DNA of 64,000 nt, taken from Octopus vulgaris (Eukaryota). Below the pieces are notes generated by a model, which was not told the DNA's origin, did not search any database, and saw only the letters and a list, made by a program, of their open reading frames with translations. The translations under genes were made by a program, and so were the position numbers. The stretch lies in assembly GCA_951406725.2 (NCBI GenBank), contig OX597819.1, positions 55,490,001 to 55,554,000 of the forward strand, in the 5' to 3' direction. Of the stretch, positions 22,454-32,672 are shown in pieces (position 1 is the first letter of the stretch; each line of letters starts with the position of its first letter).

Positions 22454-23265
22454 CATGGAAAAATGCAAGCAAGAGAAACAATATTCTTAAGATTATAAAC
22501 CTGGAAAAGTAAAGGACAAGTTATTACACATGGCAAAGTTCAGGACAAGTTATTACCTCTAGTAAACAAGAAAATTTTTACTTAAAATATTCCAGCTAAG
22601 GATAAAATTTGAATATCAAAAATTACTTGATTTTAATTTACAAAGTAACACTAATTAAAAAAGGTATCATTTTGTTAAAATATTGACATACTAGAATACT
22701 TAAAAAATGAGAGCCAGAAATACCAATGTAGATAAAGTTTTATGCAAAGCAGAATAGTATATATGGTAGGCAAATGCATTATGTAAAAAAATAGGCTTTG
22801 GGTCAAGACTAAAAATGTGAAGACTTGGCAATAACATTTTATTGTGAACTTGTTGTTATAGGTAGATTTTACTATAATATATAACTAATTTTTGTATTAT
22901 TTTATTTATTGTACTGACTAATTATGTACTACTATTATTTTCAAATTTCTAATTATTAATTGATAATTTAAAAAATGAAATCTTTTCAAGTGCAAAAAAC
23001 ATTTTAATTGAGCTATTTTTTAAATTTTTAATAGAAGTAACAAGTAATAACAAATAGAGGTAATAACTTGTAATAAAAGTGTTAGTTTTAATAAAAGTTA
23101 ATATTTTCTGAATCTAAATATTTTATTTGAAATTTTATCCTTAGCTGCAATATTTTAAGTAAAACTTTTCTTGTTCCGTACTTTACCAGATGTAATAACT
23201 TGTCCTGTACTTTTCCAGGTTTATAATCTTCAGAACATTATTTCTCTAGCTAGCATTTTTCCTTG
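22454..23265. mobile_element. Foldback/long-TIR non-autonomous DNA element
   Basis: Arms at about 22454-22620 and 23110-23265 are inverted copies (ATTATAAACCTGGAAAAGTA/TACTTTTCCAGGTTTATAAT; CAGCTAAGGATAAAATTT/AAATTTTATCCTTAGCTG). TA flanks both ends. Confidence 0.85.
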
Positions 23266-23705
23266 TAATTTTAAATGGTTTCACAGCTGTTTAAACGCGA
23301 TATCCCACAGAAAGTACTCGATACACGATTCTGTAAAGAGATTAGAGGTGCACATTGACAAGAACAAATATTAGTTTCAAATTTTGGCACAGGGCCAGCA
23401 GTTTTTGAGGGGAGGGGGAAGTTGATAACATTGAACCCAGTATATGGCTGGTACTTATTTTGTCAAGCCTGAAAGGATGAAAGGCAAAGTTGACCTCAGC
23501 ATAATTTGAGCTCATAACAAAGCCAGAAGAGAACCATTAAGCATTTTATTCAATGTGTCAATGGCTTTGCCAGCTTACTGCCTTTACAAGAACAAATAAT
23601 AGCCTATTCTAAAGGCAAAAATTCTTCAGAATTACCTAGCTGGCAGGGTGTAATTAAACAAAAATAAATAAAGATTTTAAAATGACCATTTTGAAATATA
23701 CATAC

Positions 23706-23827
23706 CAAGAAAAATGATCAAATCATCAAAGGTTGTTTTTCGAAAGCGAGTTACAACAGATCGGAGGCATTGCTGAGCAGACTTTTCAACGATTAGCTCC
23801 TGGTAAAAAGATTCCATCTGTTTCAAC
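23706..23827 (-). CDS. TRIM linker exon (possible degenerate COS region)
   Basis: attag acceptor, gtatgt donor; phase 2-1 fits both neighbours exactly. Encodes E-LKQMESFYQELIVEKSAQQCLRSVVTRFRKTTFDDLIIFL. Confidence 0.85.
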
Positions 23828-24184
23828 CTAATAAAGACAATAATTTCTTTAGAAGACTCATTTTGGGACAGATGTCATCACCAAGCTAGATATTTTCCCA
23901 TGGCCAGACATGTTTTTGCAGAATACTGAAAATTAATGACACTGCTTGTATGTCAGTGACACTCAATTTACAACTACAATGAGATGTCATGACAAAATAC
24001 AAACATACATATATACACATATACACATACATAAATACACACACACACAATGGGCTTCTTTCATTTTCACCTACCAAATGTATGCACAAGGCTTTGGTTG
24101 ATCTGGGACTAAAGTAGGAGACACCCAAGGCACTACACAGAACAAATTTTTACTTGGCTTTTCAGCCTCTTTTATTATTATTAT

Positions 24185-24376
24185 TTGTTTCAGTCATTTG
24201 ACTGTGGCCATGCTGGAGCACCGCCTTTAGTCAAACAAATCAACCCCAGCACTTATTCTTTGTAAGCCTAATACTTATTCTATTGGTCTCTTTTGCTGAA
24301 CTGCTAAGTTATGGGGACATGAACACACCAACATCGGTTGTCAAGCAATGGTGGGGGGACAAACACAGACACACAA

Positions 24377-24407
<31 letters not shown>

Positions 24408-24565
24408 CAAAAGGCTTCTCTCAGTTTCCATCTGCCAAATCCACTCACAGGGCTTTGGTCGGCCCGAGGCTATAGTTGAAGACACTTGCACAAGGTGCCA
24501 CGCAGTGGGACTGAACCTGGAACCATGTGGTTGGTAAGCAAGCTAATTACCACACAGCCACTCCT
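24185..24565 (-). mobile_element. SINE family A (tRNA head GGAGTGGCTGTGTGGTAAG...GGTTCAGTCCCA, central (TA)/(CA) microsatellite, tail GTGCTCCAGCATGGCC.CAGTCAAATGACTGAAACAAGTAAAAGAG)
   Basis: Near-identical copies at about 26602-26957, 33376-33743, 51841-52198, 53513-53898, 54563-54951, 58579-59065 (-) and 27180-27498, 35580-35935, 43703-44227, 52811-53191, 57468-57630 (+). They explain many repeated spurious ORFs. Confidence 0.92.
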
Positions 24566-24900
24566 CTGTTTGCATTTAATGGGAAACTCAAGTTACAGAA
24601 GATAAACTTTAATCTTTAATTCATTTATTTAGTGGCTGTTTTTCCATTAGCTTGACTCAGATTGAAATTGATTCTGAAGCAGGATTTTATGGCTGAATGC
24701 CTTTTCTGTCACCAAACCTCACCTGTTTTTCAGGTAAGGAATTGTTATATTTCACAAGTCTTTGAAACAAAGCATGACCTGTCACAATATTGACACTAAA
24801 TGTAAATAGCACTACCATTTTGTTCAAATAAAAAGAAGTAAAATAACAACTTTCACATAAACACACATGCATAACATACATACATACATCTTCTAAAATA

Positions 24901-25493
24901 GTGGTTAATATATAGTTTGAGACCCGTTAATGAAAATGGAAAATAAAACAACCTACTAGGTACAAAATGAATATGAAAATAAACATTTGCGCAAATGAAC
25001 AGGGGAGAGGATTTTCTGAAAATTTACAAGATCAGATTTTTCCCTTGTAACTTTCAGGAAAATGGATATATATTAATGAAATGTTATAGGAATACCATTC
25101 AAATGGCACAGATTATGATTATAAAGAAAATTCCAATGAGAATGTTTTCCGAAGAGGTGGGAAGAGGACTGTTGGAAAATTCATAAGATCTGATTTTTCC
25201 CTCATAAATGGATATATATTAATGAAATTTCGCAGAAACAACTTTCAAGAAGCATAAATTACAATCATAAAGAAATTTGTAGGGAAAATGTTTTCTGAAA
25301 GGGTGGGGAGTGGACTGTCAGAAAGTTCACACGATCCATCTTTTTTTCCCTCCTTACTTTCAGGATCTAGTTCAGCACCCAGTCACACACACACAAAAAA
25401 AAAAACCAGTCTACTAGGTGTAAAAAACATGTAGAAAATGAATACACCTAGTAGGCTGTTTTTTGTGACCAGGTTTTAAACTATATATTAACT
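24901..25493. mobile_element. TIR-bounded element with internal ~150-bp tandem subrepeats
   Basis: Inverted ends GTTAATATATAGTTT...CCTACTAGGT and ACCTAGTAGG...AAACTATATATTAAC. The internal unit AAATGGATATATATTAATGAAAT recurs near 25060 and 25206. Confidence 0.6.
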
Positions 25494-25499
25494 AAAATA

Positions 25500-25730
25500 T
25501 TGGATTGGTACATAATTACTGCGGGTTTTTTTTCAATAAATTTTGTTCAACAAAAACAATAACAATATTTAACAAAAAACATCTTTAAATGATGGTCTGA
25601 CCGTCTGACAAGCAAATGGGAAGCAGTAATTGAAGTAGATGGTGAATATGCTCTGGAATAATCATTTAAAGATGTTTTTGATGAATAAAATTTGCTGAAA
25701 AAAAGCTGCAATAGTTATGCACCAATCCAG
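25500..25730. mobile_element. Mariner-derived MITE
   Basis: TIRs TTGGATTGGTACATAATTACTGCGG and GCTGCAATAGTTATGCACCAATCCAG with TA flanks. Internal DRLTSKWEAVIEVDGEYALE* matches a mariner C-terminus. Confidence 0.85.
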
Positions 25731-25774
25731 TAGTTACTAAAAAAAAAAAATCAATAAATTTACAGCAGACTTAC

Positions 25775-26073
25775 TCATTTGTCAGTTCCATTTCTTGAGC
25801 GCGAATTGTGAAAATGTCAGATGCTTGTTCTAATAATTCTCTTTGACTTTCTTCCTTTGCTATTCTTTTACAACCCTCAACCATTTCATCTATTGATTTA
25901 GTCCTCTTTATGCTATTATTTAAATGTAATTCAAGTGATGCTATAGCTTTTGATTTTATTTCATTGAGGTTATTGAGGTGAGCTTCCTTCTGTTGACTGA
26001 GTACTGCAATAATATCATTAAGTATGTGTTGATATTGTTCCGAAACCCTTTTTGATGCCTCATCATGCAAATG
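25775..26073 (-). CDS. TRIM coiled-coil (BBC) exon
   Basis: ttttag acceptor, gtaagt donor, phase 0-2. Helical sequence HLHDEASKRVSEQYQHILNDIIAVLSQQKEAHLNNL...QEMELTN (ORF 25771..26070). Confidence 0.9.
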
Positions 26074-28151
26074 CTAAAAGAAAAAAGGAAAAAAGGAAAA
26101 AAAAAAAAGAAATCAATTTAAATAAACCAACCATAATCTTAATGAAAAGAAAGATATAATAATGAATAAACCAATGATGGTGTAGAGGTGCTTGACTTAG
26201 TGGTTAGGGTGTTGGACTCATGATTGTAAGATTGTGGTTTCAATTCCTGGACTGGCCGATGCATTGTGTTCTTAAACAAAGCACTTCATTTTATGTTGCT
26301 CCAGTCCACTCGACTGATACAAATGAGTGATCTTGCAACAGGCCAGCATCTCATCCAGAGGCGAATATATATGCCAGAGAAATTGGGAAAGCAGCTTTGT
26401 GCTCCATGTGGGGTAATGTGGACTAAACAAACTAATGAGAATATGAAATGTTTCAGCACAGCTATTTTGGTGCCACCTATTTGGTAGGACTGATTTGATA
26501 CTAACTTATCTGACAGATGTTTTAACCTCTCTCTCTTCCATTCACTGTTAATATGTGTGAGCATCTATTTATGTTTGTATAATGTCTCTCTCTCTCACAC
26601 GCGGCCATGCTGGAATACCGCCTTTAATCGAGTAACTCGACCCCAGGACTTATTCTTTTGTAAGCCCAGTACTTATTCTATCGGTCTCTCTTGCCGAACC
26701 GCTAAGTAACGGGGACGTAAACACACCAGCATCGGTTGTCAAGCAATGCTAGGGGGATAAACACAGACACACAAACACGCATATATATATACATATATAT
26801 GATGGGCTTCTTCCAGTTTCCGTCTACCAAATCCACTCACAAGGATTTGGTCGGCCCGAGGCTATAGTAGAAGACACTTGCCCAAGGTGCCATGCAGTGG
26901 GACTGAACCCGGAACCATGTGGTTGGTAAACAAGCTACTTACCACACAGCCACTCCTACCATGTGTATATCTCTGCATGTGCACATGCATATGTACTTGC
27001 CTCCCTTGCCAAAACAAGCCAAATGTCCACTCAGCCATACCAAACCATCAGTGTCTAAACAACTGCATCTAACTACCTCATTCAGAACTAATGAATAGGT
27101 TTGTTAGAAATGTGAGTGGAGTCAAAAACAAAGCTAAATAATGACCTGATAAATTATCTAGAGTATGGTTTTGTGTTCACAGGAGCAGGTGTAGCTGTGT
27201 GGTAAGAAATTTGCTTCACAACCACATGGTTCCAGGTTCAATCCCACTGTGTGGCAACTTGGGCAAGTGTCTTCTGCTATAGCCTTAGGCCAACTAGAGC
27301 CTTATGAGTGGATTTGGTAGATGAAAACTGAAAAAGGCTGGTCATATGTGTGTGTATGTGTCTGTATTTGTCTCCCACCAATGCTTGACAATAGGTGTTG
27401 GTGTGTTTAGACCCCTGTAACTTAGGAGTTCAGCAAAAGAAACCAACAGAATAAGTACCAAGACAGATTCATTTGACTAAAAGTTCTTCAAGGCAGTGAA
27501 GGTATTAAGATAAGTTGGAATGTAAGATGAACTTAGAAGTATGTGTTACTCAGTTTTAATGTGAAAAGGTTCTTTTGTGGTTTAACCACAGTCCACTTCT
27601 TCAGAGAGGTAATTTTAGCTAGTTTCAACTTTTATTGAGACTGTCAGCAATTGGTTACTTATTCTTGGTCAATAGCATACAACTATTTATATTCTTTACA
27701 CATTCAGGGGAACTAAATTGGTTTGTCTAATTTGCATAACACTGCAAGCTCTGGCAGCATGAATTAATAAAAGCACCAAGATAAAGCAAACTTATAAGCA
27801 ATTGTTTATTAGTAAACACACAAACTCATTATCAAAAATTAAACATTAGTTGGATTAAACTGTTTCTGGTAACTGAGGGAATGTCCTCTGGTTTACTCAT
27901 AATCTCTACCTTTTTATAGCAAGGCTAAAGAGCATTTACTGAAATCACATGCTGATAAGTTTACCATACAATGTCTACCAAATGAAATAATTGTATTGGC
28001 ATGGAAGAGTCAAACTGGTCATAGAAAAAGCAGAAAATAAAGAATAAAGCATATTGGTGAGCCACAGATTTAGTTTCAGCAATATGTTGCTGAGTTTCAC
28101 ATCAACTACTTTTCTTCACAAAGTATTAAGTGTTGAGGATGGATTAAAAAG

Positions 28152-28446
28152 GTACAGTTCTATATTTAAGAGATGAGGAATTATGTACATTATTTACATA
28201 ATTTATATTTGACAGATATTTGTCGTCATCTTGTTTGTTGTTAACACAACGTTTTGGCTGATCCCTCTGGCCTTCTTCAGGTGTCTTGGGGAAATTTTGA
28301 ACCTGAGTTCTCTTCCCTAAGGTATTTTTTTGATATTATTGTTATTATTATTGTTGTTGTTATTATTATTAAGGTCACAGCCTGGAATCGAACTCAGAAT
28401 CTTGGGATTAGTAGCCTGTGCTCTTCAGCACTATGCCATATGCCCG
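28152..28446 (-). mobile_element. tRNA-headed SINE-like element with a Penelope-type hammerhead motif in its 3' part
   Basis: On -: box A TGGCATAGTGC (28438-28428), box B GAGTTCGATTCC (28395-28384), (AAT/AAC)n linker, then GACAC-CTGAAGA-A-GGC...GCC-AAAA-C-GTT-GTGTT. Confidence 0.7.
28243..28285 (-). ncRNA. Minimal type-I hammerhead ribozyme motif (degenerate: core G12 changed to A)
   Basis: Stem I GACAC/GTGTT, core CUGAAGA, stem II GGC/GCC, (G>A)AAA, minimal palindromic stem III ACGT, cleavage triplet GUU. The G>A sits at a CpG and would inactivate this copy. Confidence 0.6.
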
Positions 28447-28746
28447 TGGTGATGAACTGCTCTATATGCTACAATACTTATAAGTATGATCAATCTGGGC
28501 CTCAAGTACAACCAATGATAACAAGACTAATATTGGTTTCATATTTTGGCATAAAGCCAACAAGTCCGGAAGAGGGTGTAAGTCAATTATATTGACCCCA
28601 CTGCTCAACTGGTACTTATTTTATTGACCCCGAAAAGAAGGCAAAGGTGACCTAGGCGGATTTTGAACTCGGAATGTAAAGATACATGAAACGCCACTAA
28701 GACAGCAAGACTAATAAAACCAATCATTACAAGTTTAGAATCATAC

Positions 28747-28842
28747 CTTAATTTCATCTTTTGTCTCTTCCAATTTTGAGGTTTGGGCCAAAATTTCCCT
28801 GAATATCTTATCTAAATGTCCTTTTGTTTTCTGAACAAACTC
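28747..28842 (-). CDS. TRIM coiled-coil exon (96 nt)
   Basis: tctag acceptor, gtatga donor, phase 0-0. Encodes EFVQKTKGHLDKIFREILAQTSKLEETKDEIK. A 96-nt exon after B-box2 is typical of TRIM genes. Not in the ORF track. Confidence 0.88.
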
Positions 28843-29431
28843 CTAGATAATGAATGATAAAATTGATAAACCTTTAAAAATTATTTTAATTTCATAAAAA
28901 TATATTGAAGATTGAAAAAAAACAAAAAAAAACAAATTTTTAGAGATCAATCTTCCTTTTTATATGCAAAATAAGTGAGTGTTTCAGTTTATATTGTTAA
29001 ATTAAGGTCATCCTTTCACAAGTAAAATTGATCTGTACAATGGTAATGTGGCATTAATATGTTGCAGATTGTCTAAACAGAGTGAAAGAGCTTACATCTG
29101 TATTACTTCTCCTTGGCAACAGCAAAAAGAGCATGAAAGAAAGAAGAAGAGAGAGAAAGAGAGCAAGCAAAAAGCAAAAGCAAGAGACAGAAGAAATCAT
29201 TAGTTAACTGATAAAGCCTGCATAACATAACAGCCCACCCCATGAACAGTATAGGCTCCATGCATAAAGATAAACCATGTCATCAATTATTTTCCAATAG
29301 CTTTTATAAATTTTTCATAAGAGATAACATATAAATATCTACAGGTGTTTATTTTTCCTTGAAGCAATCTCAACACAATGTGAATATACAGCTGTCATAT
29401 TGAAACATTTGAAAAAATATATACACATATA

Positions 29432-30659
29432 CAGGGATTGGACAAAATAATGGAAACACCTTTAAAATTCCAAACAAATTTATTTTAATATGGGGTAGGA
29501 CCGCCTTTGGCAGTAATTACAGCTTGAATTCTATGAGGTATGGACTCATACAAAGTTTGAATTGTTTCCAAAGGAATCTTTGTCTTTTCTTCAGCTAAAA
29601 CAATCTCCAGTTCTTGTAGTGATGATGGTGGAGGATATCGACTTCTTACTTGATTTTCTGAAATGCACCATAAATGTTCAATAATATTGAGATTTGGGGA
29701 TTGTGGTGGCCAAACAGTAACAACTTTAGCTGTGTGAATTGGGGCATTATCATCCTGAAAGATTGTGTTTCTCTCTGGAAACAGTTCTGCAACCATAGGA
29801 TGAATTTGATCAGATAACATGCTTAAATAGTCTTGACTATTAATTCTGCCATGAAGGAAAACCAGTGGGCTGGCAGATTTCCAAGATATAGCCCCACAGA
29901 TCATCACAGATCCTCCTCTATATTTAACAGTTGGAAGAAGACAATCTGGGTCAAATGCTTCTTTTGGCTGTCTCTACACGTATACTCAGCCAGTGGTCAG
30001 AAATAAAGTAAAGAATGCCTTGTCCGAGAAAATAACATTCTTCCACTGCTCTAAGAACCAATTCTGTAGGTCTTTACTCCACTCTAAATGCTTCGCAATG
30101 TTTGTTTTTCAAAGTAGTAGTTTTCTGATGGCAGCTCTCCCATGAAATCTGGCTTTCTACAGCTCCTGACAAACAGTTTTTGTGGAAACTGGGTTCTTGA
30201 GGTGGTCATTAAATTCTGCAGTAATTTTGGGAATAGTACTTTTGTGATCTTTTCTTACAATTTGAGTAAGAGTCTAATGGCCTCTATCTGAAAGGTTTGG
30301 TTTTCTTCCAGAGTTTTGTTTCAACGAGGAGGTTTTTCCCTCTTTGTCAAAGGCTGTCATTACTTTCGAGACAGTACTTCTTGATACACTAAACATTTCA
30401 GCTGTTTTCATTATGCTAGTGCCTGACATATGAGCACCAACAATTTGACCACTCTAAAAGTTTGATAGATCTGTCATTTTAATGAATTTTAATTACCTTT
30501 TTCTGATGATATCTGAAAAGAAACAGCAATTTTAGAAAAACATACTAAGCAACACTAATAAATAAACCAAAAAACATAAAAATAAAGAAGCTTTTGATGG
30601 TTTTATAGATATTTCAAAATTATGATGCTATGCGTTTCCATTACTTTGTCCAACCCCTG
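29432..30659 (-). mobile_element. Tc1-like transposon relic, full length (1228 bp)
   Basis: TIRs CAGGG(A/G)TTGGACAAA(A/G)TAATGGAAAC with TA TSDs. ORF 29485..29907 has IFQDDNAPIHTAK, WPPQSPNLNIIEHLW and AKGGPTPY. Upstream frames are disrupted. Confidence 0.95.
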
Positions 30660-30660
30660 T

Positions 30661-30704
<44 letters not shown>

Positions 30705-30708
<4 letters not shown>

Positions 30709-31950
30709 GTCATCCCATAAATAATGTGGGTTTTTTTATACATCTTTTATTTTTCAAAATTAAGATAAATAAAGTTCTTTTTTAATCTAAAATATACTCT
30801 CCTTCATTTTCTACAATGCTCTTCCATCTATCTGGTAGATTTGCAAGGCCCTTCTTCCAAAATTTCCTTGTCCATGACAAAAAATATTCCTCTGGTACTG
30901 TTCCGACCTCATCTACAGAATTCATATTTTTTCCATTCAAATGATTTTGAAGACTGTAGAATAAATGATAGTTAGATGGGACAATGTCCAGCGAATATGG
31001 TGAGTGGGGCATCGTTTCCCATTCAAACTGCTCCAGCCTTTGGAATGTCATCCTAGCTGTGTGTGGCCAAGCATTATCCTGACAGAAGAACACCTTTTGT
31101 CATGAAACCAAAGATGCTCATTTTTCTTCTGGTGCTGACTTAAGCCGCTCAAGCTGCTTGCATTAGATCTCCTTTGTTATCATTCGGTTTGGAACTAAAT
31201 CTTTCGTATCCCACCACACAGATAAGAACATCTTACGTGGGTGAACACCTGCTTTAACCTGGGGTGCTGGTGTTTCTCCTTTCCCTACCCACTCACTTCA
31301 GTGCTTGACATATTTATAGAGAACCTACATCTCATCACTTAACAAAAAAAAAGTTTATTTGTGAGATGTGACAACAAAGAAGAGCATACATTCACTCTCT
31401 GCATGTAATCAGACTCGGGAAGTTTGCGAAGAACCCATTGACCCAATTTGCTGACTTTACTGATGGCACGCAGGAGTCGATGAATGGTTGAATGACCAAT
31501 CCAGCTTCTCTGCTAGTGCCTCAATAGATACAATGGAATTTTATTCCACCATGGCTTGCAGGACGTCCTTATCAAGCTCTATAGATCTTCCAGAATGACA
31601 CATGTCTTCTAGGTTGTAGTTTACGGCTCAGAATTTCTGGAACCACCGTTGATACTGGTTTACACTTATTGTCTGATCCCCATATACTGCAATAATATTC
31701 CTTGCATTTTCCATTGCGTTGTTGCCTTTATTGAACTCAAAGCAAAGTATGCTGAATATGTTCCTTTGTCACTTCCATAGCTTTGAAAAATAACTTAAAA
31801 TTGAACAGCACTCTTCAAAACTTGCACTAAAAATAAGGACAAGGTAAAATTACTAACTGCTTTTATAGCAAGTTGATGCAGATAGTTTATCCTGTACCCC
31901 TCAGACTTAGTTCATGCAATTGAAAAACTGCATTATTTATGGGATGACCC
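30705..31950 (-). mobile_element. Mariner transposon relic, family 1 copy 2
   Basis: TIRs TTGGGTCATCCCATAAATAATG and CATTATTTATGGGATGACCC. ORF 30782..31093 has QDNAWPHT, HSPYSLDIVPSNYHLF and WKSIVENEGEYILD. Colinear with 15788..16970. Confidence 0.94.
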
Positions 31951-32633
31951 CCACCACCATCACCATACACAGAGTATTAATATTTTTACTGGGATACTAA
32001 TACACTATGGGTTACAAATAAACAAACATATGGAGTGATACCATGCAAGGACAAAACCTGTCACTGCCAGTTTTCAGCAGCTTTGCCCAGGACCACAAAA
32101 TTTCTTCTTAATGTGACCTCATGTTTCCCATACACTTATTCCATGTGTGTGATTTTTTACTTTTACAGGTATCATGCTTTTTTTCTGAAAATATTTCCAA
32201 ATTTTTTGCTGTAGATGATTTCTTTGGCATCAATTTGTTAAACAGCAATGAACAAATAATTACCACAAATAATATATTCCTTAGATTTATGTTTTGTTTC
32301 CAGTCTTCTTGTCTCTTTTACCTTATTCTTTTCTCTTTTTACTTGTTTCAGTCATGTGACTGTGGCCATGCTGGAGTACTGCCTTTAGTTGAGCAAACTG
32401 ACCCCAGGACTTATTCTTTGTAAGCCTAGTACTTATTCTATCGGTCTCTTTTGCCGAACTGAAATACCGCTAAGTATTTTACCTGGCATGCTAACATTTC
32501 TGCCAGCTCGCCTTGTTGCTGGTTTTTCTGGCAGTATGGAACTTTGCATTGTCTTGTTGAAACAAAGCATGTTTTTGATGAACACAGTGCATCACCATTG
32601 AACATAACATGAATTGAGTGAACACACATACCA

Positions 32634-32672
<39 letters not shown>

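Noticed and set aside
28375-28446. tRNA gene (likewise the heads at 16984, 17268 and 62998)
   Set aside because: Box A/B are present but there is no proper acceptor stem or terminator; the sequence continues into SINE body.
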